This document shows positions 52,263-61,755 of a stretch of 64,000 bases of DNA, in pieces. The notes beneath the pieces are model-generated. The model was not told the DNA's origin and ran no database searches. It saw only the letters and a list, made by a program, of their open reading frames with translations. Position 1 is the first letter of the stretch. Each line of letters opens with the position of its first letter. Location of the stretch: assembly GCA_964515335.1 (NCBI GenBank), contig CAZETS010000023.1, positions 1,901 to 65,900 on the forward strand, in the 5' to 3' direction. Origin of the DNA: an uncultured Spirochaetaceae bacterium. Lineage in GTDB: Bacteria; Myxococcota_A; UBA9160; UBA4427. A program made the position numbers and the translations under genes.

Positions 52263-52571
52263 ATGGCGGTCTTGAAGGCAGGAACCCGACTGAAGAGCGC
52301 GGTCTGCAACACCGAGGTGATGATCGTGGCGGCGCCGAAGGACGACGTCGCACTCACCTGCGGCGGTGCGCCGCTGGTGGACATGGCGGCCGAGAAGCCC
52401 GGCGGTGCGGTCGCGGACGACGCGAAGGAAGGCACGCAGATCGGCAAGCGGTACGTCAACGAGGCGGGCGATCTCGAGGTTTTGTGCACGAAGCCGGGCG
52501 AGGGCTCCCTGGCCGTCGGCGGCGCTGCGCTGACCATCAAGGGCGCCAAGCCGCTTCCGTCCTCCGACTGA
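52263..52571 (+). CDS. Small conserved hypothetical protein (102 aa), first gene of an acyl-CoA operon
   Basis: AGGAGG lies about 10 nt upstream. MAVLKAGTRLKSAVCNTEVMIVAAPKDDVALTCGGAPLV...GKRYVNEAGDLEVLCTKPGEGSLAVGGAALTIKG. The composition is protein-like, and I recall similar small ORFs preceding acyl-CoA ligase/CoA-transferase genes, but I cannot name a family. Confidence 0.6.
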   Translation: MAVLKAGTRLKSAVCNTEVMIVAAPKDDVALTCGGAPLVDMAAEKPGGAVADDAKEGTQIGKRYVNEAGDLEVLCTKPGEGSLAVGGAALTIKGAKPLPSSD

Positions 52572-52623
52572 TTTCCGTCCTTGGGCTGATCCCGTCCTGC
52601 GACTGATTCCGTCCCGAGACTGA
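52555..52623 (+). repeat. Four tandem imperfect 17/18-bp repeats spanning the stop codon of the small ORF
   Basis: Units read from the sequence: TTCCGTCCTCCGACTGA (52555-52571), TTTCCGTCCTTGGGCTGA (52572-52589), TCCCGTCCTGCGACTGA (52590-52606), TTCCGTCCCGAGACTGA (52607-52623). Consensus is TTCCGTCC-N4/5-(A/G)CTGA. Confidence 0.8.
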
Positions 52624-52730
52624 GCGACTACCCCCGTTCCCGGCCGCCGCGCCGGGGACCGTGAGCGCGGACCTCGCCCCAAGCGAACGCGGGTCTGCAA
52701 CAGCCGGCGAACGAGCGAGCGATACCCGAC

Positions 52731-54239
52731 ATGAACCTGATGATGATCCTCGAGATGGCCGCCCAGGGCTTCGGAGACCGCGTCGCCTTCAAGAACGAGG
52801 GCGACGAGCTCACCTACGCCGAGCTCTTCCGGGCTGCCGGCGCCACCGCCGCGCAGCTTCGCGAGAGCGGCGCAGGGCACCTCGCGGTGCTCGACGTGAG
52901 CAGCCTGGCGCTGCCGGTCGGCGTCTTCGGCGCCGCGTGGGCCGGGCGGCCCTTCGTTCCGCTCAACTACCGCCTGACCGGAGCCGAGCTCGAGAGCCTG
53001 GTGGGCCAGATCGCGCCGTCGCGCCTGGTCACCGAGGCCGAGCGCGTCGACGGGCTGAGCTCGCTCGAGGCCACCGAGGTGCTCGCCCGCGAGCACTTCC
53101 TGGACGCCGCCCGCGACGAGTCCAACGAGCCGCTCTCGGAAGAGTGGGGGATGGATCCGGACGAGATCGCGATCCTGCTCTTCACCAGCGGTACGACCGG
53201 CCCGCCGAAGGCCGCGGTGATCCGCCACAAGCACCTCGTGTCGTACATCCTCGGCTCGGTCGAGTACATGTCGGCCGACGAGTCCGACGCGGCGCTCGTC
53301 TCGGTGCCGCCGTATCACATCGCCGGCATGGCGGCGATCGCGAGCTCGGTCTACTCGGGCCGGCGCATCGTTCAGCTGCCGAACTTCAGCGCCGAGCGCT
53401 GGCTCGAGCTCGCCCGCGAGGAGCAGATCACCAACGCCTTCGTGGTGCCGACCATGCTGTCGCGCATCATCGAGGTGCTCGAGGCCGAGGGAAGGAGCGA
53501 CGCCGGCCTCCCGAGCCTGCGCGCGCTGTCCTACGGCGGCGGCAAGATGCCGCAGGCGGTGATCGAGAAGGCGATGGACCTGTTTCCCGACGTCGCCTTC
53601 GCGAACGCCTACGGGCTGACCGAGACGAGCTCGACGATCTCGATCCTCGGCCCCGACGACCATCGCTCCGCGGTGGCGAGCGACGACCCGGCCGTGCGGC
53701 GCCGCATCGTCTCGGTCGGGCAGCCGCTGCCGTCCGTCGAGGTCGAGATCCGCGACGACGACGGCAACGCGCTCGGGCCGAACGAGCGCGGCGAGATCTT
53801 CGTGCGCGGCGAGCAGGTCTCCGGTGAGTACCTCGGCAAGGGGTCCCGGCTCACCGACGACGGCTGGTTCCCGACGCGCGACGGCGGCTCGGTCGATGCC
53901 GAGGGCTACCTGTTCATCGAGGGCCGTATCGACGACATCATCGTGCGGGGCGGCGAGAACATATCTCCCGGTGAGATCGAGGACGTATTGCTCGAGCACG
54001 AGGCCGTCGCCGACGCGGCGGTGGTGGGCCTGCCGGACGAGCAGTGGGGCGAGAAGGTCTGCGCGGTGGTGGTCTGCAAGGCGGGCCAGACCGCGGGGGT
54101 GCCCGAGCTGCAGCAGTGGGTCAAGGACCGGCTGCGCTCTTCGCGCACGCCCGAGACGATCGACTTCTGGGACGAGCTTCCCTACAACGAGACGGGCAAG
54201 CTGCTGCGCCGCAAGGTCCGCGCATCGTTGATGGAGTGA
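52731..54239 (+). CDS. AMP-dependent acyl-CoA synthetase/ligase (ANL superfamily)
   Basis: 502 aa. AMP-binding motif LLFTSGTTGPPKAAVIRH. NAYGLTETS, FPTRDGGSVDAEGYLFIEGRIDDIIVRGGENISPGEIE, the terminal ETGKLLRRK lysine. Confidence 0.9.
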   Translation: MNLMMILEMAAQGFGDRVAFKNEGDELTYAELFRAAGATAAQLRESGAGHLAVLDVSSLALPVGVFGAAWAGRPFVPLNYRLTGAELESLVGQIAPSRLVTEAERVDGLSSLEATEVLAREHFLDAARDESNEPLSEEWGMDPDEIAILLFTSGTTGPPKAAVIRHKHLVSYILGSVEYMSADESDAALVSVPPYHIAGMAAIASSVYSGRRIVQLPNFSAERWLELAREEQITNAFVVPTMLSRIIEVLEAEGRSDAGLPSLRALSYGGGKMPQAVIEKAMDLFPDVAFANAYGLTETSSTISILGPDDHRSAVASDDPAVRRRIVSVGQPLPSVEVEIRDDDGNALGPNERGEIFVRGEQVSGEYLGKGSRLTDDGWFPTRDGGSVDAEGYLFIEGRIDDIIVRGGENISPGEIEDVLLEHEAVADAAVVGLPDEQWGEKVCAVVVCKAGQTAGVPELQQWVKDRLRSSRTPETIDFWDELPYNETGKLLRRKVRASLME

Positions 54240-54254
54240 CGAGGTGAGGCGGGC

Positions 54255-55283
54255 GTGAGCGGCACCGCCGAGCCGCGGATCCACTCGCTCCCCGAGGCGC
54301 TCGCGCGTCTCGAATCGCCCTATGGTCCGGAAGAGCTGGCCACGCTGACGGGCGAGGGCGTGCTGGTGGTCGACCTGCCGGCAACCGACGGCGCCGCACA
54401 GAGCGAGCGCGTCGTCGCGCGAGCCGCGCGGGTGCTCGCGCGGCTGGCCTGTCCCACGATCGCTCTGGCGCCGCGTGGACCCGGCCGGCTCGTCGAGTCG
54501 CTCGCCGCGGCGTTCGACCTGCGCCTCGCCACCGGCGACGGGCTCGCCGAGGTGCTCGGGTCGATCCGCCGCTGTCCGCAGGCGAGTCTCGCACTCGTGC
54601 AGCTGCTGCGACACAACGCGCTGCTCGGCGTCCACGAAGGGCTGATCGCCGAGTCGCTCGTGTACTCGACCCTGCAGTCGGGCGAGGAGTTCGCGCGCTG
54701 GGGTGCGAGCCGGCCGGTGCGTGCGGTGCGATCGCCCGAGCGGCCGGTGCTGCGCGTCGAGCGGGAGGCGCAGCGGCTCCTGCTCACCCTCGATCGGCCC
54801 GAGCGGCACAATGCCTTCGGCGTGCACCTTCGCGATGCCCTCGTCGAGGCGCTCGCGCTCGCGGCCTCGGACGAATCGATCACCGAGATCGTGCTGCGCG
54901 GCGAGGGGCCGTCCTTCTGCAGCGGCGGCGACCTCGACGAGTTCGGCAGCCTGCCGGATCCGGCCACCGCCCACACCGTGCGCTCGACCCGCCACCCGGC
55001 GCGCTGGCTCGCGTCGCTGGCCGGGCGCGCCCGCGCCGAGCTGCACGGCGCCTGTGTGGGCGCCGGCGTCGAGCTGCCGGCCTTCGCCTCGCAGGTCGTG
55101 GCGTGGCGGAACGCGTACTTCCAGCTGCCGGAGCTGGGTATGGGGCTGGTCCCGGGCGCCGGCGGCACGGTGAGCCTGCCGCGCCGGATCGGGCGACAGC
55201 GCACCGCCTGGCTGGCGATCACGGGTGAGCGGATCGACGCCGAGACCGCGCTCGCCTGGGGGCTCGTCGACGAGCTTCTCTGA
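54255..55283 (+). CDS. Enoyl-CoA hydratase/isomerase (crotonase) family protein with a ~150-aa N-terminal extension
   Basis: 342 aa, GTG start. Crotonase core from about residue 165: LLLTLDRPERHNAF...EIVLRGEGPSFCSGGDLDEF...ACVGAGVELPAFAS...FQLPELGMGLVPGAGGTVSLPRRIGRQRTAWLAITGERIDAETALAWGLVDEL. Confidence 0.85.
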   Translation: MSGTAEPRIHSLPEALARLESPYGPEELATLTGEGVLVVDLPATDGAAQSERVVARAARVLARLACPTIALAPRGPGRLVESLAAAFDLRLATGDGLAEVLGSIRRCPQASLALVQLLRHNALLGVHEGLIAESLVYSTLQSGEEFARWGASRPVRAVRSPERPVLRVEREAQRLLLTLDRPERHNAFGVHLRDALVEALALAASDESITEIVLRGEGPSFCSGGDLDEFGSLPDPATAHTVRSTRHPARWLASLAGRARAELHGACVGAGVELPAFASQVVAWRNAYFQLPELGMGLVPGAGGTVSLPRRIGRQRTAWLAITGERIDAETALAWGLVDELL

Positions 55284-55348
55284 GGGCCGCCCGCCGTGGT
55301 TACACTCCGTGGCTCGGCGGCGCGCGGTTGCGCGGGGAGGCGGCAGCG

Positions 55349-56554
55349 ATGGCGGGACCGATGGACGGCGTGAAGGTCGTCGAGATGGGCGTGTGGGTAG
55401 CGGGCCCGGCGGCGGGCGGGATCCTGGCCGACTGGGGGGCGGACGTCGTGAAGATCGAGCCGCACGGCGTCGGCGACCCGTCGCGGCTCTTCCAGTCGAT
55501 GTTCGGCGTGGAGCTGCCCTTCAACCCGATCTTCGAGAACGACAACCGCAACAAGCGCTCGATCGTGCTCGATCTGCGCAGCGAGGACGGCCTGGCGGTG
55601 GCCCGCGAGCTGATCGACGAGGCGGACGTCTTCCTCAGCAACGTTCGCCCGGCCGGCCTCGCGCGACTGGGTCTCGATCCCGATACGCTCCTCGCCCGCA
55701 ACGAGCGCCTGGTGTACTGCTCGATCACCGGCTACGGGCTCGAGGGCCCGGAGGCCGACCGCGCCGCCTACGACATTGCTGCCTTCTGGGCGCGCAGCGG
55801 TGTGGCGGCCTCGCTGATGGCGCCCGGCGGAACGCCGCCGTTCCAGCGCGGCGGCATGGGCGATCACAACACCGGGCTCGCCGGGGCGGGTGCGATCTCG
55901 GCGGCGCTCTTCGCCCGCGAGAAGACCGGCAAGGGACAGCTCGTCTCGACCTCGCTGATGCGCGAGGGCATGTACACGATGAGCTTCGACATGTCGTTGG
56001 CGGTGCGGCTCGGAGTTCCCGTGGCCGTGGCCGACCGCAAGACGATGGGCAACCCGGCGATCAACAACTACCAGGACCGCGACGGCAAGTGGTTCTGGCT
56101 GGTCGGCCTGGAGGGCGAGCGGCACTGGCCGCCGCTGGCCCGGGCGGTGGGGCATCCGGAGTGGCTCGAGGATCCGCGCTTCGCCGAGCCCGCGGCGCGG
56201 GCCGAGAACGCGGCGGCGCTGATCGGCATGCTCGACGAGATCTTCGCGACGCGCAGCCGCGAGCAGTGGGGCGAGGTCTTCGACGCCGAGCAGGACCTCT
56301 GGTGGGCGCCCGTGCAGTCGATCGAAGAGGTGGTCGCCGACCCGCAGGCCCACGCGGCGGGTGGCTTCGCCGAGGTGCCGGACGGTGTGGCCACGACGCT
56401 GCTGCCGGCCACGCCCGCCGACTTCCACGGCACCCCGATCGAGCACCGCTGCATGGCGCCGGCCCACGGCGAGCACGGCGAGGAGATCCTTCGCGAGCTC
56501 GGGCGCAGCGACGAGCAGATCGCCGTGCTGCGAGCCTCGGGGGCGCTCGGGTAG
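55349..56554 (+). CDS. Family III CoA-transferase (CaiB/BaiF)
   Basis: Met8 of track ORF 55328. MAGPMDGVKVVEMGVWVAGPAAGGILADWGADVVKIEP...NRNKRSIVLDLRSEDG...ADVFLSNVRPAGLARLGLD...LVYCSITGYG. Confidence 0.88.
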   Translation: MAGPMDGVKVVEMGVWVAGPAAGGILADWGADVVKIEPHGVGDPSRLFQSMFGVELPFNPIFENDNRNKRSIVLDLRSEDGLAVARELIDEADVFLSNVRPAGLARLGLDPDTLLARNERLVYCSITGYGLEGPEADRAAYDIAAFWARSGVAASLMAPGGTPPFQRGGMGDHNTGLAGAGAISAALFAREKTGKGQLVSTSLMREGMYTMSFDMSLAVRLGVPVAVADRKTMGNPAINNYQDRDGKWFWLVGLEGERHWPPLARAVGHPEWLEDPRFAEPAARAENAAALIGMLDEIFATRSREQWGEVFDAEQDLWWAPVQSIEEVVADPQAHAAGGFAEVPDGVATTLLPATPADFHGTPIEHRCMAPAHGEHGEEILRELGRSDEQIAVLRASGALG

Positions 56555-56626
56555 AGCCTGGGGCTCGCGCCGGTCACGCGCGGATGGGCGAGCCCGCCCG
56601 CGCGTGACCGGTGACCGAGCAGTGGC

Positions 56627-57286
56627 TCAGAAGTTGATCCCGGCGTAGACGCCGGTGCTCCAGTAGCTGTTGTTCGTCTGGCTCTGGGTGAAGGAGTGGT
56701 TGTAGCGGAGGTCGGCGCCGACGCTGATGCGGTCGACCACCAGTACGTCTACACCGGCTCCGAACTGCATGCCGAGGTCGAGGTAGCTGGTGGTGTTCGA
56801 CGGCGGCGAGTTCACCAGGAACGCGAGACCGACGGGCACGACGAACGGCCGGATGCGGCCGCTACCGAGGTCGTCGAAGCGCACCTTGGGGGCGATCGTC
56901 ACGTTCAAAGAGGTGACGTTGACCTGCCGCACGACTGTTGTGCCGAGCAAAGCTTGGGCCGCATTGACGACGTTCTGGTCCGAGAACTGGGAGAACTCGG
57001 CGAAGATCTCGCCCATCACCCGAGCGCCGCCCATGTCCTCCATCTCCATCATGCTGAGATCGAGGCCGGCGGCCATCGACCAGCCTCCTCGAGAGCTGTT
57101 GGCGTTGCCCGTAGCCAGCGTGTCCGTGAAGATCTCTCCGCCCCGGTTCGTCGTGAGCGCCGAGTACGCGCCGCGGAAGAACACCTGGTTGTTGTATTGC
57201 GCCTCTTCGTCGGCTGCTGCAAGCCCCGCCGTGATGCACGAGGCCAGCGCGGCGACGAGACTTGCCACGATGATTCGAATGGTCAT
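56627..57286 (-). CDS. Small outer-membrane beta-barrel protein (OmpW/OmpA-beta-barrel-like)
   Basis: 219 aa. AAGGAG RBS. Signal peptide MTIRIIVASLVAALASCITAGLAAA. Alternating beta-strand pattern, and the C-terminus WSTGVYAGINF ends in Phe. Confidence 0.78.
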   Translation of the reverse strand: MTIRIIVASLVAALASCITAGLAAADEEAQYNNQVFFRGAYSALTTNRGGEIFTDTLATGNANSSRGGWSMAAGLDLSMMEMEDMGGARVMGEIFAEFSQFSDQNVVNAAQALLGTTVVRQVNVTSLNVTIAPKVRFDDLGSGRIRPFVVPVGLAFLVNSPPSNTTSYLDLGMQFGAGVDVLVVDRISVGADLRYNHSFTQSQTNNSYWSTGVYAGINF

Positions 57287-57772
57287 TCCGTGTTCTCCTT
57301 GTCGGTCCGGTTGGTCCGGCCACCCCCTGGCGGCCTCGCCGATTCACGCGCCGTGATCGCTCCAGCGGAGCCCTCGGTGCCGAGTCGTTTCGGTAAGGGG
57401 CGAGCGGCGCTCCCATCTGCATTGCCGGGCGCCTTCGCGGCAACGACCCTGTGACGAACTCTTCGGCAGTGCGCGATCAAGCTAGCGCCCGGTCGTTCGT
57501 GCAATACGCAGCATGGCGTTGCACGTGTTGTTCGGAGCTATGTCAAATGAAATCAGGTGCCGGAATGCTCGCGCCGCAGTCCATGTTTCGATGATCGTGT
57601 CGGCACGGCACACTCGGTTCCGTGGTTTGCACGCCATATGTGGCGCGCGTGCACCGAGAACTACGGAGTCACGCAGCAGCCGGAGGCATCGCGTCGCATG
57701 TGACGAATCGCGACATGATGCGCAAGGTCAGGCGAGCGCCCGGCGATCCGAGGCGTCGACCGGCTCGCTCGG

Positions 57773-60700
57773 CTACCAGCGGAACAGGATCCCCGCCGAG
57801 AGGACGTGGGTGGTGTGGTACTCGCCGATCTCGACGTCGTAGTGGGTCGAGAGCAGCGGCACGTCGCCGAGCATCATCACGTAGCCCAGGCCGAGCGTGA
57901 AGGCGTTGCGGTCGGGCTCGGTTCCCGCGGTGACGAACGGCGTGGCGCCCGGCGTGGCGTAGAAGACCGCCGGAACGTGGCGCCCGCGATCTCCATGGTC
58001 GACCGACCAGGCCGCGCGCAGCTCGGGCTCGATGCCGAACTCGCCTTCGAGCGTAAAGACGCGGCTGACGCGGGCGCCGAGCGTGAGCAGCAGCGAGTCG
58101 AAGCTGAGGCTCGGAACCTGCAGCGAGAGGTCGCCCGCGCCGATCTCGGTGATTGCGTCCTGTCCGGCCTGCAGGTACTGGAAGCGCGCAAACGGGTGGA
58201 GCCGGGCGCGCCGGCGGTGTCCGAAGTGCCCGCCGATCTCGACGAGACCGCCCCACTCGGTGCCCGCGAAGTCGGCGACGGCGTGCCGGTCGAGGCTCGT
58301 GAACGCGATGTGGCGGTCGGTCTGCAGGCCGCTCCAGGCGAAGCGCACGGCGGCGCCGGCGTGGAAGCGCGGGGTGCGGAATCCCGTCCACAGCGCCGTC
58401 TGGACCGTGTCGGCGGTGCCCCGAAAGAAGCCGCTGTCGTTCTCCACCCACTGCCGCGTGTAGCCGACGGCGAGACCCGCGCGCCAGTACTCCGAGCCGG
58501 GTATCGGCAGGCGATCGGAGAACCGGTAGTCGACTCCGCCCGACAGGCCGAACGCGTTCGCGTCGAGGTTGCTCGCGTTGCCGCGTCCCTCCCAGGCGCC
58601 GAAGATGCCGAGCGGCTCGAGCCACGCGCCCGGACCTCCGCGCGAACGCGGGGGCGCCTCCACGCCGGGCAGGCGAACGTCTGCCGGCGCGAGGGCGGGA
58701 GGGCGCGTCAACTCCCAGCTGCTCGCGCGCAGCCGCCGCGAGATCGTGTCCGCGAAGGCCTGCGCGTTGGCGATGCGCGGGTTCGTGAAGGCCGAGAGCG
58801 TCTCGCCGGCGAGCTGGTCGAGGACCGCCGGCGCCTGGCTCGTTCGCAGCGGGGCCAGCGCGTTGCGGATGACCCGCGCATCCGGCGAGCCCGAGCCCGT
58901 GACCTGCTCGAGCGCGTTGGCGGTGGAGACCTGATTGGGCGTCGTGCCCAGGGAGCCGAGCCCGCTGAAGTCCTCCTGGACGGAGAGCTGGACCGAGCTG
59001 CCCACGATGGTCGGCGGGTTCACGACGTTCACGAAGGCCAGGTCGTCGAGCGCCTGGCCCGCCACCGAGCCGGGCGCGATCGCGCCGGCCGAGAGCACCG
59101 TGTAGGCGACGGGCAGCGAGTAGTCGCCGGCCACCAGGTCGAGCTCCCAGCTGGGCGAGTCGAGCGAGGCGGTGCCGGTGACCGCGAGCAAGGAGGCCGC
59201 GCCCGTGTCGTCCAGGGACACCTCCAGCACCGAGCCAGCGCCAAAGGTGGCGCTGCTGCCCACCGAAAGCGTCGTCGTCGGGCCGCCCACCACGACCCGG
59301 CCGAAGCTCTCGAGGCTGCCACCGATGCTGCCTGCCACGTTGACGAGGCGTCCGCCGCCCTCGACCCGGGCCAGCGATGTGTTGCTGAGGGCGGCGTCGA
59401 GCTGAAGCGTTCCGGCGCTCACCGTGGTCCGTCCCGAGTGGAGTGCCGCATTGGTCAGGATCAGCGATCCGGCGCCGGTCTTCGAGACGTCGCCGGGCCC
59501 CGAGAGGCTCCCGCCGAAGGACTGCACGTCGTCCACCGCGAACTCGGCGACGGCCCCGATCGCCGCCACGTCGATCGTGTTGCCGAGCGCGAACGTGTCG
59601 CCGGCGAGCGTCCCCCCGGCGACCCGGGTGAGGTCGGCGGAGGTGATGCCCTGGCGCAGCACGCGGCCGGCGCCCTCCTTGTGCAGCTCCCCCGTACCGC
59701 TGATCGATCCGACGTGCGTGCCGTCAGTGGCTTGATCGAAGATCACGCGCGCCGTGACGGCCTCGAGGGTGACCGAGCCGGGCAGGCTCGCTGTCGTGCC
59801 GCGCACGTCGCCCCCGGCCACCACGAGGCCGCCGGTGAACGTGTTCGCGCCGCTCAGCAGCAGCGGCGCGAGGCCCGACTTGCGAACCGATCCGCCGCCG
59901 GTGATCGATCCGGCGAAGGCCGTCGCGCCGTTCTGCACGAGCCACAGCTCGCTGCCGCTGGCTACGTTCACGTCTCCCTGGAGCGAGTCCGGGGTGGCCT
60001 GCAGTGTGCCGCTCTCCACTTCGGTTCCGCCGCTGTGGGTCGCCGTGCCGCCGCTCAGGAAGAGCGTCCCGAAGCCCGACTTCACCAGCCGTCCCGCGCC
60101 GCTTACGTTGCCCGCGAAGCTGCGCGTCTGCGAGGTGTCGTCGATCTGGAATCGGAGGCTGGTGTCTTCGTCGAGCTGGAAGTCGCCCGGCAGCGAGACG
60201 TCGTTGCCGACGAGCGTCCCCGTGACGACGTGCGTGTTGCCCGTATAGGTGTTCGTGCCGGAAAGGGTCAGTGTGGCGGGGCCGTCGACGACCACTCCGC
60301 CGGCGCCGGTGATGTTCTCGTCGAACGTGAAGTCGTCGTCGTAGCGGAAGCCGAGCGTGCCGTTAGCGTCGACCTGCACGGTGAGGGCGATCGGGTCGTC
60401 GTCGGCGTCGGTCAGGCCGCTCCGCATGTCGAGGTTGACCAGGTCGGCCCGGCCGTTTCGAACGTGCAGCAAGACGAAGCTCTGCGCGACGTCGTCAGCG
60501 GTGGTGACGATGAAGGCCGGCGCGTCGCTGCCGTCGATGTCCACGCGTTGGCCGGGGCCGGAGGCCGTCGACAGGTCGATGGCCGGCAGCGGGTCCTCGA
60601 GCGGGATCGAGAGGTTCAGGAGGCTCTCCGCAACGCGTAGGCTCACGTAGTCGACGTTGACGCTCGCCGTTCGTTGGTTGGCCTCTTCGATGCCGGCGAA

Positions 60701-60856
60701 GAGCGAGCCCGGGGTCTGCGGAGTGAGGCTCACGCTCGTCGTGTTCGTGATCGGCACTGTCAGATCGGGCGTCGGCGGGTCGCTCTGCTGGGCGCGCGCC
60801 GGGCCCGTCAGGAGCAGCGCGGTGAGCGCTCCGGCCGTCGCCAGTCGCGTGAGCAA
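57773..60856 (-). CDS. Autotransporter (type Va) with PATR-repeat passenger and C-terminal beta-barrel
   Basis: 1027 aa. Signal MLTRLATAGALTALLLTGPARAQ. At least five autotransporter-associated beta-strand repeats, for example GPATLTLSGTNTYTGNTHVVTGTL, GFGTLFLSGGTATHSGGTEVESGTLQ, GLAPLLLSGANTFTGGLVVAGGDV, GAGSLILTNAALHSGRTTVSAGTLQL. Barrel domain with terminal LSAGILFRW. Confidence 0.88.
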   Translation of the reverse strand: MLTRLATAGALTALLLTGPARAQQSDPPTPDLTVPITNTTSVSLTPQTPGSLFAGIEEANQRTASVNVDYVSLRVAESLLNLSIPLEDPLPAIDLSTASGPGQRVDIDGSDAPAFIVTTADDVAQSFVLLHVRNGRADLVNLDMRSGLTDADDDPIALTVQVDANGTLGFRYDDDFTFDENITGAGGVVVDGPATLTLSGTNTYTGNTHVVTGTLVGNDVSLPGDFQLDEDTSLRFQIDDTSQTRSFAGNVSGAGRLVKSGFGTLFLSGGTATHSGGTEVESGTLQATPDSLQGDVNVASGSELWLVQNGATAFAGSITGGGSVRKSGLAPLLLSGANTFTGGLVVAGGDVRGTTASLPGSVTLEAVTARVIFDQATDGTHVGSISGTGELHKEGAGRVLRQGITSADLTRVAGGTLAGDTFALGNTIDVAAIGAVAEFAVDDVQSFGGSLSGPGDVSKTGAGSLILTNAALHSGRTTVSAGTLQLDAALSNTSLARVEGGGRLVNVAGSIGGSLESFGRVVVGGPTTTLSVGSSATFGAGSVLEVSLDDTGAASLLAVTGTASLDSPSWELDLVAGDYSLPVAYTVLSAGAIAPGSVAGQALDDLAFVNVVNPPTIVGSSVQLSVQEDFSGLGSLGTTPNQVSTANALEQVTGSGSPDARVIRNALAPLRTSQAPAVLDQLAGETLSAFTNPRIANAQAFADTISRRLRASSWELTRPPALAPADVRLPGVEAPPRSRGGPGAWLEPLGIFGAWEGRGNASNLDANAFGLSGGVDYRFSDRLPIPGSEYWRAGLAVGYTRQWVENDSGFFRGTADTVQTALWTGFRTPRFHAGAAVRFAWSGLQTDRHIAFTSLDRHAVADFAGTEWGGLVEIGGHFGHRRRARLHPFARFQYLQAGQDAITEIGAGDLSLQVPSLSFDSLLLTLGARVSRVFTLEGEFGIEPELRAAWSVDHGDRGRHVPAVFYATPGATPFVTAGTEPDRNAFTLGLGYVMMLGDVPLLSTHYDVEIGEYHTTHVLSAGILFRW

Positions 60857-60867
60857 GGCCCGGCCCC

Positions 60868-61698
60868 TCAGCCGTCGAGCCCGCCGGCCTTCCTGATGCG
60901 GCGGCGGTACTTACGGGCCGTAGACTCCTTGCCCGTCTGCTCGAAGACGTCGGCCGCGAACCCGTAGATGCGCAGCATCTGCGGGTCGGTCCGCTCGTAG
61001 CGGCTCTCGTAGAGCTCGACGGCACGTTCGGTGTGCCTGCGCGCCTGGCGGGCATCGCCGAGGCGCATCTCGGCGCCGGCCACCGTGACGTGGATGTTCG
61101 CGAGGGCGATGGGATCGCCTTGGTCCGTCCCATCGAGGGCCGCGAGCGAGCGCAGGCCGTAGGAGCGCACGCGCTTCGGATCGTCGATCCCGGCGGCGAC
61201 CTGCATCAGCTGCCCGAGGATCAGCCCCACCTCGGGATCCTTGCGGCCGCGCTTCTCGATCAGGATGTTCGAGGCCCGCACGTACAGCCGCTCGGCTCGA
61301 TCCCAGTGATCGAGTTCCTGGTGGGCGCCGGCGAGCTTGACGAGCGGCTTCGTGAGCTGCTCGCTGCTCGGTCCGTACACGCTCTCGTAGACCGGGATCG
61401 CCTGCTCGAGGGCCTTCGCGGCGTCCGCGTAGCGGCCGAGCTGATAGTTCACCGCGCCCAGGTTGTAGGCCAGCACGCCGGTCTGCTCGTCGCGCGGGCC
61501 GAGCTCGCGCGTTGCCGCGAGCAGGGCGCGGCGCGCATGGACGACCGCCGACTCGAGATCCTTCGCGGCGACCGCTTCTCGATAGCGCTCGTACTGCTCC
61601 GTGTAGTCGGCGGCTCGCGCGCCGGGGCACGCGAGGGCGACCGCGGACGCGGTCAGGAGCAGCAGCGCGAAGCGATGAGCCAGGATTGACCTCGGCAC
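60868..61698 (-). CDS. Secreted tetratricopeptide-repeat protein
   Basis: 276 aa. Signal MPRSILAHRFALLLLTASAVALACPGARA. TPR_10/12-like repeats: LAYNLGAVNYQLGRYADAAKALEQAIPVYESVYG, LVKLAGAHQELDHWDRAERLYVRA, LANIHVTVAGAEMRLGDARQARRHTERAVELYE. It ends 11 nt before the autotransporter start. Confidence 0.8.
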   Translation of the reverse strand: MPRSILAHRFALLLLTASAVALACPGARAADYTEQYERYREAVAAKDLESAVVHARRALLAATRELGPRDEQTGVLAYNLGAVNYQLGRYADAAKALEQAIPVYESVYGPSSEQLTKPLVKLAGAHQELDHWDRAERLYVRASNILIEKRGRKDPEVGLILGQLMQVAAGIDDPKRVRSYGLRSLAALDGTDQGDPIALANIHVTVAGAEMRLGDARQARRHTERAVELYESRYERTDPQMLRIYGFAADVFEQTGKESTARKYRRRIRKAGGLDG

Positions 61699-61755
61699 GC
61701 GCGGCAGTATACGAAAGGTGCTCCGCGCGGGCTCCAGGCGGCTCGGGCCGGGCTC

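Noticed and set aside
52233-56476. Antisense ORFs 52233-55046 (937 aa) and 54320-56476 (718 aa).
   Set aside because: They are opposite a four-gene + strand operon with strong ANL, crotonase and CaiB motifs, and have biased composition.
57513-57842. 109-aa ORF in the long spacer (MALHVLFGAMSNEIRCRNARAAV...).
   Set aside because: No RBS. It has Arg/Ser-rich, non-protein-like composition and runs into the 3' end of the autotransporter gene on the other strand.
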